DNA of 64,000 bases from a virus, in the IMG/VR virus record IMGVR_UViG_3300009151_000057, positions 1 through 64,000 of that record, one strand, 5' to 3'. The notes beneath the pieces are model-generated. The model was not told the origin of the DNA. It saw only the letters and a program-made list of their open reading frames with translations, and ran no database searches. This document shows positions 19,556-30,030 of the stretch, piece after piece. How positions within the stretch are numbered: position 1 is the stretch's first letter; each line of letters opens with the position of its first letter. The position numbers and the translations under genes are program-made.

Positions 19556-20311
19556 ATGATCCCGTTGTTCAAATCCAATTTTTCTATTGGTAAAAGCATA
19601 TTAACATTAACCGCACCAGAATTACATCCAGATCCAGAAAGAGCGGATTCTATTTTGCAGATCGCAAAAGACAATAATTTAGATAAAATCATTTTAGTAG
19701 AAGATTCGATGATTGGTTTTTTGGAAGCTCATAAATCTTGCAAATCTTTAAATATTCAATTGATCTACGGTCTTAGAATTAATTGTTGCAACAATGTTCA
19801 AGACGAAAACAAAGAGCAGTCCAGACATAAAATAATAATCTTTGCAAAGAATGACGATGGATGTAAATTATTAAACAAAATATACTCAACTGCATTTTGT
19901 GAACATGGTGGATATATGGACTGCAATGTTTTAAATACCTTATGGAATGACGATTATTTAAGTTTATCTATACCTTTTTACGATTCTTATATATATCAAA
20001 ATTGTATTTCATTTAATAATTGTATTCCAAATTTCAGTTTTACTAAACCTACTTATTTTTACGAAATAAATAACTTGCCATTTGAACAATTTTTAACGAA
20101 TAAAATCAAAACAATTGCTGATCCTATTTTGACAAAATCAATTTATTATAAAGATAAAAAAGATGTATACGCATTTCAGACGTACAAAGTTCTTTCAAAT
20201 AGAAGTTTTGGAAGAGAGTCGTCATTATCAAATCCTAATTTAAACCACTTTGGTTCTGACGAATTTTGTTGGGAAAGTTATTTACAATATGGAAGATCTT
20301 CTTCGCTTTAA
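19556..20311 (+). CDS. Stand-alone PHP domain of DNA polymerase III alpha (degenerate metal site)
   Basis: KSNFSIGKS, GFLEAHK.CK..NI.LIYG, IIIFAKNDDG..LL.KI.S match the DnaE N-terminus; start follows TTGACA-16-TATCAT. Confidence 0.8.
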   Translation: MIPLFKSNFSIGKSILTLTAPELHPDPERADSILQIAKDNNLDKIILVEDSMIGFLEAHKSCKSLNIQLIYGLRINCCNNVQDENKEQSRHKIIIFAKNDDGCKLLNKIYSTAFCEHGGYMDCNVLNTLWNDDYLSLSIPFYDSYIYQNCISFNNCIPNFSFTKPTYFYEINNLPFEQFLTNKIKTIADPILTKSIYYKDKKDVYAFQTYKVLSNRSFGRESSLSNPNLNHFGSDEFCWESYLQYGRSSSL

Positions 20312-20918
20312 TTATAATCAAAAGTATCTAATTTTAGATACGGAAACCGAAGGTTTAAATTTATTAAATTCAAGACCTTGGCAAGTTTCTTGGATAACTG
20401 CAAAAGGTAGTTACATCCAAAAAAAATACGATAGATTTGCAAAATGGAATGATTTAAATATTTCTGATGACGCTGCTAGAGTGACAGGATTTGATAGAGG
20501 CAAATACGATTCTATATCAGAAGATCCATCCAAAATATTAAATGATCTATGGCCCATGATAACAGATCCAAGTTATATTGTTATTGGTCAAAATATATTA
20601 AATTTTGATTTATATATTTTAAATATTCTAAGAAATAGATGCGGTTTAAGTGCAGATTATTCTTATGTATCTAGAGTTATAGATACAAGAGCATTAGCTA
20701 TGGCAATCGCACTTGGTCATAAACAGATTGATAAAAATGATGTTATGAATCAATTTAGATTCGTAAACTATAGGGATAAAAAAATCAAAACTAGTCAAGC
20801 GTCTTTACTAAAGCGTTACTCAATTGATCATGATCCATCCAAACTTCATGATGGCATGTATGACATTGAAATGACTTTTAAAATTTTCTTAAAACAAATC
20901 CAAGAAATAGATATTTAA
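20289..20918 (+). CDS. DEDDh 3'-5' proofreading exonuclease (DnaQ-like)
   Basis: LDTETEGL, GQN..NFD, IDT, LHDGMYD. Confidence 0.9.
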   Translation: MEDLLRFNYNQKYLILDTETEGLNLLNSRPWQVSWITAKGSYIQKKYDRFAKWNDLNISDDAARVTGFDRGKYDSISEDPSKILNDLWPMITDPSYIVIGQNILNFDLYILNILRNRCGLSADYSYVSRVIDTRALAMAIALGHKQIDKNDVMNQFRFVNYRDKKIKTSQASLLKRYSIDHDPSKLHDGMYDIEMTFKIFLKQIQEIDI

Positions 20919-20919
20919 T

Positions 20920-23475
20920 ATGTTCGAAAACTTTCAGAAATATGAAATGCCAACAGCAGCTGGCGTTCTTCTCCCCAAGATCAAGATAGATAAAAAATAC
21001 TATGATCTAATTGGTGCTCCAGATCAATGTTCTAATTTTGATTTCCTAAGACACTTATGTTTCTACGGAGTGAAGAAAAAGGAAATTGATAAATCAGACA
21101 AAAAAGATATTTATTATAACAGAGTAAAAACAGAACTTTCTATTCTAAATGAACTTGGGTTTATTGATTATATTCTTTTGAATTGGGATATACTAAATTA
21201 TTGTCATGAGAACGATATCCCCACAGGTCCAGGGAGGGGCAGTGCAGCTGGATCTTTGGTGCTTTTCTTAATTGGCGTCACAAAAGTAGATCCAATTAAA
21301 TACGATCTTTATTTTGAAAGATTCGTGTCCAAGAGTAGAGCTAAGAAAATAGAATACAATGGAACAACTTACCTTGATGGATCTTTGTTGGCTGATGTTG
21401 ATAATGATATTAGTTATGAACGTCGCAAAGAAGTGATTCAATTTATTGAAAATAAATACGTAGGAAAAACTTGTAAAATTCTTACAATGAATACCTTAAG
21501 TGGTAAACTATGTATCAAAGAATGTGGTAAAATAGTTGCTGAACTAGACGAAACATCGGTGAATGAAATTAGTGATTCAATTCCTAAAAAGTTTGGAAAA
21601 GTAGCACCCTTAAAAGAAGCGTATATTGAAAGTGAAAAATTTAAAATATTTGCGCTTAAATATCCAGAAGTTTATAAAATTGCTAGAAAGCTAGAAAATT
21701 TAAATAAAAATACAGGTGTTCATCCTTCTGGAATTGCAATCTCTCACGATGATTTGCGTGAATTAATGCCAGTGCAAAAAACTGGCGATGGAGATTTAGT
21801 TTCTGGTTACGATATGAACAACGTATCAGAATTAACTGTTAAATTTGATATTTTAGGACTTCGCACACTTTCTGTTGTTTATGATGTATGCAAGCAAATA
21901 GGAATGGATGTTACTGAAATAGACATGTCATCAAATTTAATTTTTGATAACCTTAGGGATCTAAGATGTGCGCAAGGATTATTTCAAATCGAAGCTGATA
22001 CAAATTTTTCAGTTTGCAAAAAGATTAAACCAAGGAATCTAGAAGAGCTTTCTGCAGTGGTTGCAATCGCAAGACCTGGAGCATTGGAGTTCGTATCTAA
22101 TTACGCAACTTTTGTAGAGAGCGGTGATTTTCAAAGCGTTAATCCATTCTTTGACGATGTACTATCGTACACTGGTGGAATTCCATTGTATCAAGAACAG
22201 CTAATGAAGATGGCTGTAAAGGTTGGATTTACACTCGATGAGGCAGAGCAACTTAGACGCATTGTAGGCAAGAAAAAAGTAGATCAAATAGAAGCTTGGA
22301 AACAAAAAATCGAAGATAAAATTAAAGAAAATTTTTTAGATGAAAACATTGGCAATATTTTGTGGAAGGTCGCTGAAGACAGTGCAAACTACTCTTTCAA
22401 TAAATCTCACTCTATATCTTATGCTATTCTTGCTGCTTGGACTATCTATCTCAAATTTAATCATCCTACTGAATTCTTTTTGAGTTTACTTAAATTAACT
22501 CAGCAAGAACAAGATCCATACGAAGAAATATCTAAAATTTCCAAAGAGCTTCCTTATTTTAATATTCAATTGCTTCAACCAGACTTGACAAAATCTGGAA
22601 TTGACTTTCAAAGAGAAAAATTAAATATTAGATATGGTTTAAATTCAATTAAGGGAGTTTCCACAAAAGTTCTTGAATCATTGATTGAATTCAGACAGTC
22701 TAATTTTTCTAATAAATACGAAATTTTTACAGCTGCAAAAGATAGTGGATTAAATATCGGCGCATTGTCTGCGCTTATACAAGCTGGAACACTAGATGGC
22801 TTTACAAACAATCGTTGTAGACTAGTCCTTGAAGCTCAATGCTTCAATATCCTAACAGATAAAGAGAAAAATCAATTTATTAATATTGGCGATGTTCATG
22901 AATATGATATTTTAAATTCCATCAAGAAATCAATGGATGAAAAATTAATAGGTGAAGATGGCAAACGAGTAATGACGGACAAAAGATTTGAAACATTTAA
23001 AAAGAAATACGTATCTTACAGAGAGATTTACGATAAAAATGCCAAACATCAAAAATTTGCAAACTGGTTTTTTGAAAAAAAATTATTGGGATATAGCTAC
23101 TCTCATATCATAAGAGATATATTTAAAGATGCAGACGACAATAGATTTACAAATACTTTAGAATTTAGTTCTATGGATAATAATGAAGTTGTCAAAGTAG
23201 TTGGTTGGGTGACAGATGCTGAAAAAAGAACAAGTAGAACAGGTAACAAATATTTAAAGGTTGCCATTCAAGATGAATTGGGTTCATTATTCACAATGAT
23301 GATAGATAACTCTAGAGAGACTAAAATGACGAAGTATTATGATGAGGGAGGAGTTACACCCAAAAAAGACAGCATTGTAATCTTGACTGGCAAGAAAGGT
23401 AATGATACCATGTTCTTGGATAACATTTTCATACTAGATGAAAAAATCTATATGAAACTTTCAGAATTAAAGTAG
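20920..23475 (+). CDS. dnaE: DNA polymerase III alpha catalytic core lacking PHP
   Basis: GPGRGSAAGSLV, LYFERF, DVDND, GVHPSG, KFDILGL, YQEQ.M, YSFNKSH, C-terminal OB fold. Confidence 0.95.
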   Translation: MFENFQKYEMPTAAGVLLPKIKIDKKYYDLIGAPDQCSNFDFLRHLCFYGVKKKEIDKSDKKDIYYNRVKTELSILNELGFIDYILLNWDILNYCHENDIPTGPGRGSAAGSLVLFLIGVTKVDPIKYDLYFERFVSKSRAKKIEYNGTTYLDGSLLADVDNDISYERRKEVIQFIENKYVGKTCKILTMNTLSGKLCIKECGKIVAELDETSVNEISDSIPKKFGKVAPLKEAYIESEKFKIFALKYPEVYKIARKLENLNKNTGVHPSGIAISHDDLRELMPVQKTGDGDLVSGYDMNNVSELTVKFDILGLRTLSVVYDVCKQIGMDVTEIDMSSNLIFDNLRDLRCAQGLFQIEADTNFSVCKKIKPRNLEELSAVVAIARPGALEFVSNYATFVESGDFQSVNPFFDDVLSYTGGIPLYQEQLMKMAVKVGFTLDEAEQLRRIVGKKKVDQIEAWKQKIEDKIKENFLDENIGNILWKVAEDSANYSFNKSHSISYAILAAWTIYLKFNHPTEFFLSLLKLTQQEQDPYEEISKISKELPYFNIQLLQPDLTKSGIDFQREKLNIRYGLNSIKGVSTKVLESLIEFRQSNFSNKYEIFTAAKDSGLNIGALSALIQAGTLDGFTNNRCRLVLEAQCFNILTDKEKNQFINIGDVHEYDILNSIKKSMDEKLIGEDGKRVMTDKRFETFKKKYVSYREIYDKNAKHQKFANWFFEKKLLGYSYSHIIRDIFKDADDNRFTNTLEFSSMDNNEVVKVVGWVTDAEKRTSRTGNKYLKVAIQDELGSLFTMMIDNSRETKMTKYYDEGGVTPKKDSIVILTGKKGNDTMFLDNIFILDEKIYMKLSELK

Positions 23476-23483
23476 TGTAAAAT

Positions 23484-25886
23484 ATGGAGATGCAAGAATA
23501 TAATTTAGTTCCGCGTGTCAAAAGATCAATAGAGTTTTCTATTGAACTGGCAAATAAATATAAACATCAACAAGTAAATTGTTCTCATCTGTTATGCTCT
23601 TTACTTGACGAAGCTACACAACCAATTAAACTTATTTTTAATTCTTTCTCAATAAATATTGAGAATTTAAAAAAGGCATTATTACTGGAGCTTCCAGTTC
23701 AAAATCCAGAATATTTTAAATCATCTAAAAAAGATGAATGGTGGTCTGGAGATATTGAATCAATTTTAAAAGATTCATTTGATATGTCTCAAGATCTAGA
23801 TCACCAATTTATTGGTATTGAACATTTGCTTTATTCAATTTTAAAATCTGATTGCGTAACAAAAAAATTTCTTTCTGAAAAAGGTGCTCCTTGTGAAGAA
23901 ATTGCTGATGCAATCATCTCAATTTTAAATCCTTTTGATAAGCAACAGGAAACAAAAAAAGAAGATTCCGAAGTTCCTGAGCAAAAGAAAGAAAAGCATA
24001 TAAGTAAATATTGTCAAAATTTAAATGAATTAGTATTAAAATTTAACACAAGAATCGAAGGAAGAAATCCAGAAATAAATAAATTAATAGAAATTATTTC
24101 TTGCAAAATAAAGAATAATGCTATTTTGATTGGAGATGCTGGTGTTGGTAAAACAGCAATTGTTGAAGGTTTAGCTCAAATGATTAATTTTGGAGATTGT
24201 CCAGTTTTTTTATCTGGATCTAAAATTTATTCATTAGATATTGGATTAATGCTTGCTGGAACAAAATATAGAGGTCAATTTGAAGAAAGACTAAAAGGTC
24301 TTCTTGAAGAATTCAAAAATGATCCTCAGTCAATCTTGTTTATTGATGAAATTCATTCAATCGTTGGCGCTGGATCTAACGAAGGTTCAAATGATTTAGC
24401 TAATTTAATTAAGCCAGCTTTAGCTAGAGGAGAACTAAAATGTATTGGAGCCACAACAGCAGAAGAGTATAAAAAATACTTTGAAAAAGATTCTGCTTTA
24501 AATAGAAGATTTCAAACAATTAATGTTGAAGAACCCTCTAAAAAAGAAACTTTTTTAATTTTAAAGAAGTCTAAAGAAAATTATGAAAAATTTCATGGCG
24601 TAACATATAGCGATGAAATGATTGATAGTATATTAAATCTTTCTGAAAAGTATATGCCATATAGAAAGTTTCCAGATAAAGCTTTTGATATTCTAGATAG
24701 GATTGGTGCGAGCGGAAAAATTAAAAAATTCAAAGTTCCAGATAATTTAAAGCAAATGGAAAAAAATATTATCAAGTATATGGAAGATGGAATACTTGAA
24801 CAAAAAGATAATAAAGAAAAGTGCGAAAAAATGCTTAAATCTTTTTTAAAGAAAAGAGAAAAATGGTTAACTAAAACTAGTGATGAAATTTTTGAAATTC
24901 AAGAAACAGATATAAAAGATGTTATTTCAAATATAAGTGGGTTAAAAAAAGAAAATATAGAATTAAATTCTTCAAAATCTATTCTTGTCTTAAATGAAGA
25001 AATAAAGTCAAAAGTTTTTGATCAGTCAGAAGTAATTGATAAAATTTACGAAATTCTTATTTGCTCAAAAGCGGGAATTAAAAAAAGAAATAAAACAATA
25101 GCAAATTTTCTATTTGTTGGAGCTACAGGAGTTGGTAAAACATACACAGCAAAAGTCATAGCTGAAAAGTTTTACAACAAATCAAATTCATTTCTTCAAA
25201 TAGACATGGGAGAATTTGTTGAGAAAAATTCTATTTCTAAATTACTTGGCACAAGTGCTGGATACGTAGGATACGAAGAAGGTGGTTTACTTTCAGAATT
25301 TGTAAGGGCTAATCCTAATTCTTTAATTCTTTTTGATGAAGTAGAAAAAGCTCATCCAGAAATAACAAATATTCTTTTAAGGATAATGGATGAAGGTTGT
25401 ATTATTGATAATTTTAATCGTAAAATTGACTTTTCTAACTGCATTATAGTGCTTACTGGTAATATTGGCGCAGAAACAGAAACGGCACGTTCTATGGGCT
25501 TTTCTGATGCGCCATCAGACTCTAGTAAAAAGAACGACTATGAGAAAGCAATCAAACAGCAATTTAAACCAGAATTAATTTCAAGATTAGATGAAACTTT
25601 AATTTTTAATGCTAAATTTTCAGAAGAGGGTTTATTTAAAATGATTAATTCAAACATCTCTGAAATAGAACATTGTCTTTTAGATAAAAAAATTAAATTA
25701 AATAAAAGCCAAGAACTTCAATCTTATTTATATAAATGCATTAAAAATGATGGAAACAATGCTAGAGCAGTACAAAAAGTATTAAGAACCAAATTTGAAA
25801 TTCCACTTTCTAAATTTGTGGTTTCTAATGAAAATATTGAAGAAATTAATACGAAAATAGTTGACAACGAGGTTGTGTTTATGTAA
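23484..25886 (+). CDS. ClpA/ClpC-type double AAA+ ATPase with Clp_N domain
   Basis: GDAGVGKTAIVEGLA, LAGTKYRGQFEER, FIDEIH, PDKAFD, GATGVGKT, GYVGYEEGG, FDEVEKAHP, MGF loop. Confidence 0.93.
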   Translation: MEMQEYNLVPRVKRSIEFSIELANKYKHQQVNCSHLLCSLLDEATQPIKLIFNSFSINIENLKKALLLELPVQNPEYFKSSKKDEWWSGDIESILKDSFDMSQDLDHQFIGIEHLLYSILKSDCVTKKFLSEKGAPCEEIADAIISILNPFDKQQETKKEDSEVPEQKKEKHISKYCQNLNELVLKFNTRIEGRNPEINKLIEIISCKIKNNAILIGDAGVGKTAIVEGLAQMINFGDCPVFLSGSKIYSLDIGLMLAGTKYRGQFEERLKGLLEEFKNDPQSILFIDEIHSIVGAGSNEGSNDLANLIKPALARGELKCIGATTAEEYKKYFEKDSALNRRFQTINVEEPSKKETFLILKKSKENYEKFHGVTYSDEMIDSILNLSEKYMPYRKFPDKAFDILDRIGASGKIKKFKVPDNLKQMEKNIIKYMEDGILEQKDNKEKCEKMLKSFLKKREKWLTKTSDEIFEIQETDIKDVISNISGLKKENIELNSSKSILVLNEEIKSKVFDQSEVIDKIYEILICSKAGIKKRNKTIANFLFVGATGVGKTYTAKVIAEKFYNKSNSFLQIDMGEFVEKNSISKLLGTSAGYVGYEEGGLLSEFVRANPNSLILFDEVEKAHPEITNILLRIMDEGCIIDNFNRKIDFSNCIIVLTGNIGAETETARSMGFSDAPSDSSKKNDYEKAIKQQFKPELISRLDETLIFNAKFSEEGLFKMINSNISEIEHCLLDKKIKLNKSQELQSYLYKCIKNDGNNARAVQKVLRTKFEIPLSKFVVSNENIEEINTKIVDNEVVFM

Positions 25887-25889
25887 TAT
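25861..25889 (+). promoter_or_regulatory. Near-consensus sigma70 promoter
   Basis: TTGACA-17-TAATAT, ATG 7 nt downstream. Confidence 0.75.
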
Positions 25890-25896
25890 CTCACGT

Positions 25897-26103
25897 ATGA
25901 AGAATACTTCTGAACAAACTAATAATCTATTCACACGCATTGAAAATTCCAAGGGTCGTTTCTTTGGACTTTATTTGAAGAATGGCGATATTGTAAATGC
26001 GCAATTTCGTAATTCTACATCTTCTTACATTACTGTTTATGATCGTAATGCTAAGACAGCTCGAAAGTTTAAGAAGACCAGTATCGCAGCTGCAACAGCT
26101 TAG
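25897..26103 (+). CDS. Small basic protein, possible SH3/WYL-like fold
   Basis: GRFFGLYLKNG...YITVYD..AK..RKF; has its own promoter and terminator. Confidence 0.7.
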   Translation: MKNTSEQTNNLFTRIENSKGRFFGLYLKNGDIVNAQFRNSTSSYITVYDRNAKTARKFKKTSIAAATA

Positions 26104-26124
26104 TACTTACTTGGTTTCGTTGGT

Positions 26125-26158
26125 AAAAACCTCACTGAGAAATCAGTGAGGTTTTTTT
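26125..26158 (+). terminator. Rho-independent terminator
   Basis: CCTCACTGA-GAAA-TCAGTGAGG followed by T7. Confidence 0.9.
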
Positions 26159-26180
26159 ATTTATAAATGTAATATATAGT

Positions 26181-27263
26181 ATGAATTTAAGTACCTCGTT
26201 ACATCAAAGATGTTTTGTCTTTCCTAGAGCTAATTTCGCAACAGATACACATAAAGAAATAATCCAAATCATTCTAGAAAAACACGGAGACAAAAATTTT
26301 GATAGCATCAAATTAATTGATGAAAATGATGAATATGATTCTTTTTTAGTTGAAGTGAATTCTAATTCTTTTTGTATTAAAATTTCATTTGATGAAACTG
26401 CAATATTTTATGATTATATGACAATTGTTGGTATTCATCATTTAAATATAGCACCAATCGGAATAGATCGAGGACAAATTGAATTTGGTAAAACTATTTA
26501 TTATTCAATTCAAACATATGAACATTCTTTAAGTTTAAAGGAATATGGAGTTTCATCTATTTACTCAGATCTTTCTGATAGTTTTAATATAGCATTAAAT
26601 ACATTACATTCTTATAAAATTCCAGATTATGCAAAAGACTACATAGATGACGTAAATTCTTACTTAGAATACAATAGATTAAATTTTGAAAAAACAACTG
26701 AATTTGTAGAAGAATCAGAAAGAGAAAATTTTCTCTTTATAAAAGAAATATATAATGAAATTTATGATGATATGCTTAATATCACAAATAAAAATAAAGA
26801 AATAATTAAATCAGATACTTTAGTGCATGGAAATTTAGATCAAAGTACAATGATAATTAATTCTGGAAAATTTAGATTTATTAATTTTGAAAATTGTTTT
26901 ATGGGTTCTCATTATTTTGATTTAGCAAGTATATGTTATGAAATATCATCAAACGGAATTAATGAATATGATTTCATCTCAAAACGTATATATAATTTAA
27001 ATCTAACTGAAAATAGATTTACCGCCAAAAAAGAACTTTTAAAATATAAAATATGCAAAACAATCTGGTTGAGAAAAAAATTACTTGATTTAATCAAAGA
27101 CTTTTTCAAAGAAACTATTATCTTAAATTCAGAAAGAAAAGATAAAATTTCTTTTTTAGCAAGTGAATTTTCAAGACATTTTTATGATTTTAATCAAATA
27201 GATGGATTTGTTAAAAATAAAGATATTTTTATACAAAAATTTGTTGGAATATTAGATTCCTAA
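26181..27263 (+). CDS. APH/choline-kinase-like phosphotransferase, apparently a pseudo-enzyme
   Basis: LVHGNL...N and FINFE at the positions of HGDL and IDFE; DLA. Confidence 0.7.
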   Translation: MNLSTSLHQRCFVFPRANFATDTHKEIIQIILEKHGDKNFDSIKLIDENDEYDSFLVEVNSNSFCIKISFDETAIFYDYMTIVGIHHLNIAPIGIDRGQIEFGKTIYYSIQTYEHSLSLKEYGVSSIYSDLSDSFNIALNTLHSYKIPDYAKDYIDDVNSYLEYNRLNFEKTTEFVEESERENFLFIKEIYNEIYDDMLNITNKNKEIIKSDTLVHGNLDQSTMIINSGKFRFINFENCFMGSHYFDLASICYEISSNGINEYDFISKRIYNLNLTENRFTAKKELLKYKICKTIWLRKKLLDLIKDFFKETIILNSERKDKISFLASEFSRHFYDFNQIDGFVKNKDIFIQKFVGILDS

Positions 27264-30029
27264 TTTTTGTTTGATTTTATCAATATCTAATTTCATTTCT
27301 TTTATCGCTGCAATTATTAAAGGAATTGTGTCGGTATATGCAAGTCCTAAAACACCATCTGGAGATGCAGAATCTACAGCTTCTGGTAAAACTTTTTGAA
27401 CATCTTGTGCTATTAAAAATGATCTTCTTGTATCTATAGGGTCATCTTTATAATTTCCAATTACTGTTCTTAATGTTGAAATTTTTTCAGAAGCTCCAGT
27501 TATATATTCAATAATATTTTTTTCTCTTTCATCTGAAAGAGCAGTCCAAGCAGTTCCTTGATTAGCTAAATACACGCCTCTTCCACTTTGATTTATTACA
27601 TAAAAACGATTAGTACTATCTACACTATTAAACCATCCTGAGCCTCTAGTTACAGAAGGATGAGAAAAAGATATTTGATAATTTCCTGTAGATGATATAT
27701 TTAAAGCTGCATTTAAAGTGGTTGACCCACTAATAATAGGAGAAGAAATATTTCCAATAAATACTGAGCCACAACAAGGTTGTAAAACTAATTTATTTTT
27801 ATTAGTATTGTTTCCATTGCTTGCGCTTATATAAGAATATTGATCAACTCCATTTTTGCAATATGCACCGATTGTTAAAACTTCATCGTCTTTTTTTATT
27901 GCAATATTTCTTACTACAGTTGAATCATTAGCAGTTCCCGCAAATCCAGCGGCAGCATCTATGACATTTGGACCAAAAACAGATGGATTAGAAATAGATA
28001 TTCCAATATTAGTACAATTATCTATTCTTAAACCATTGCAAGCTGTACTATGAGATGCGATTGTTAATCCACAAGCTGTATTAACTCCAGATCTAGTATA
28101 TAAAATCATTGCATCACAAGCGCATGTTATAGTATTAAAAGCGCCCACATCTACACTTGGATAAAAGAATAGTTGTCCTTGGTTTGGCGTTGCAGCATTT
28201 ACTAAACCTAAAGCATATGCATTATCTACTCCACCCGCATTAACACAAAGTAATGCATGTCCATTTCCATCTATAACCAACCTCTCAGATATAGTATTAG
28301 TAGAACTAACTTCACCTATAACAAATCCACCTCCACCTCCACCTTTTTGATTTAATAAATATGTTTTTCCATTACTTGCATCTTTATTCCATTCTAAATA
28401 GGCTCCTTGATCATGTGTGGTGCGAACACCTATACTAGTAATTGTATTTAATGAAGCATTTCCACCGCCTATACCACCCGCTGCTATAATACATCCATAA
28501 GAACAAAATGTTTTATCTGGAAAAATTTTTGCTGCACATACTCTTCTATCCGCGTTTCTAGCGCCAGCTGGAGTAACTAAAAATCTTAATTCACTAGATC
28601 CATCGGCCCAGTTTTGCGAATGCACAGAACTATGTACTATTACATTTTCATTTGCAAAATCTAAAAATTGACCCAAACTATCACCATTAAGGAATTTATT
28701 TACTTGAACCAATTTTAGCCCATTCCAAGCGCCTGTATTGGCTCTTGCACAATTATTTATTTCTACTTGTGCATCTGCATTTATACACATTCCCATTTTG
28801 CCAGAAATCATCCATTGATGTTCTGTTATATAACCCCCTGCAGTTTGATTAAATCCATAACCCAAAGAGCCTGGATCACTAGCTGTATAATCTCTAGATG
28901 CAAACCAATGATACCCATAGTTTCCATTGTCCGCACCAAATCTAGTTCTACTGCTTCTTAAAACAGCCAGACCTGAAAGATCTAAATTTTTTGAAACTGT
29001 TAAATTATCAGCAACAGTTACGCCACTAGCAAAATAAGCACATTGATTCCAAGCTAAAGTTAAAGCTAGTTTTCTTCTATCTGACGCATAAAAATTTGAA
29101 GTTTGATTTCCTCCAGATGGAGTAGTATAAAAATACATTTCAGATGCACCATTAATAGTAGCATTATTATTTGGATCAAATTGTCTATGCTGAATAGAAT
29201 TAAAAGTATAACCAGAAGGATTCTGGACATCATACGCTATAGCTCCAAGCTTTTTATCATTTCTAGTATTTAAAACAACCCAATCACCAGAACCAATAAA
29301 TCCATTGAAATTATTACAAGAAAGAAAATAAGATTCAGTTATACTGCCTGGATCTCCATTATCATGAAGTAATAATTTTACTCTAGCATTACATCCTCTA
29401 AAAGTATGTCTTCTTGCATCATCATAAGTTTCAATTGTATTTCCTCCTCTATAGGCATAAGGATAAGCAGGATTACTTTGACCCGCTCTTATTTCATAAT
29501 TGTATGAATAATATGTGCTATTATTACCAGAAGTGAATGTTCCTAATTGAACTATAGATCCTTGGTTTCCAACTCCAGTGCTATTATTTTGCATTCTTAA
29601 CACATAGCCTGCATTAATATCACATTGCATATCCAAATGCCAATATGGAGATTCTGTACCAAGACCTAATTTTTTACTATTAATAACTAATGCAGTTTTA
29701 TCAGTTAAAGTTCCAAATCTTAACTGTCCATTACATGCAGAAAAATATGTCGCGGAATTATCTGTAGCAGTAAATCCTTTATTAGCATAAAGACACATTG
29801 ATGCATCAGCATTTACTGAGTTGAATCCAAGTACATTGCTATGCAAAAATGATGTGTAGCCATTTGCTATATATAAAGCAGTTTGTTTATTTCTTGTTTG
29901 AATACAAAACGCCGCATCATTATCAGCGTTGTTTCCAGTTGGACCTACATAGTTACCAGAATTTTGAAGAACCGATTGACTTAAAGTAGAATTTATTTGT
30001 GTAGCTGTATTATTTAAAATAAAAGACAT
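27252..30029 (-). CDS. Tail fibre/spike with C-terminal intramolecular chaperone (peptidase S74)
   Basis: G/N/S-rich beta repeats; SDEREKNI, IAQDVQKVLPEAV, coiled-coil end. Confidence 0.88.
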   Translation of the reverse strand: MSFILNNTATQINSTLSQSVLQNSGNYVGPTGNNADNDAAFCIQTRNKQTALYIANGYTSFLHSNVLGFNSVNADASMCLYANKGFTATDNSATYFSACNGQLRFGTLTDKTALVINSKKLGLGTESPYWHLDMQCDINAGYVLRMQNNSTGVGNQGSIVQLGTFTSGNNSTYYSYNYEIRAGQSNPAYPYAYRGGNTIETYDDARRHTFRGCNARVKLLLHDNGDPGSITESYFLSCNNFNGFIGSGDWVVLNTRNDKKLGAIAYDVQNPSGYTFNSIQHRQFDPNNNATINGASEMYFYTTPSGGNQTSNFYASDRRKLALTLAWNQCAYFASGVTVADNLTVSKNLDLSGLAVLRSSRTRFGADNGNYGYHWFASRDYTASDPGSLGYGFNQTAGGYITEHQWMISGKMGMCINADAQVEINNCARANTGAWNGLKLVQVNKFLNGDSLGQFLDFANENVIVHSSVHSQNWADGSSELRFLVTPAGARNADRRVCAAKIFPDKTFCSYGCIIAAGGIGGGNASLNTITSIGVRTTHDQGAYLEWNKDASNGKTYLLNQKGGGGGGFVIGEVSSTNTISERLVIDGNGHALLCVNAGGVDNAYALGLVNAATPNQGQLFFYPSVDVGAFNTITCACDAMILYTRSGVNTACGLTIASHSTACNGLRIDNCTNIGISISNPSVFGPNVIDAAAGFAGTANDSTVVRNIAIKKDDEVLTIGAYCKNGVDQYSYISASNGNNTNKNKLVLQPCCGSVFIGNISSPIISGSTTLNAALNISSTGNYQISFSHPSVTRGSGWFNSVDSTNRFYVINQSGRGVYLANQGTAWTALSDEREKNIIEYITGASEKISTLRTVIGNYKDDPIDTRRSFLIAQDVQKVLPEAVDSASPDGVLGLAYTDTIPLIIAAIKEMKLDIDKIKQKLGI

Positions 30030-30030
30030 A

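Noticed and set aside
4024..23475. Introns or inteins in nrdA, nrdB, recA, dnaB, dnaE
   Set aside because: Lengths and motifs are continuous; no splice-junction or homing-endonuclease signatures seen
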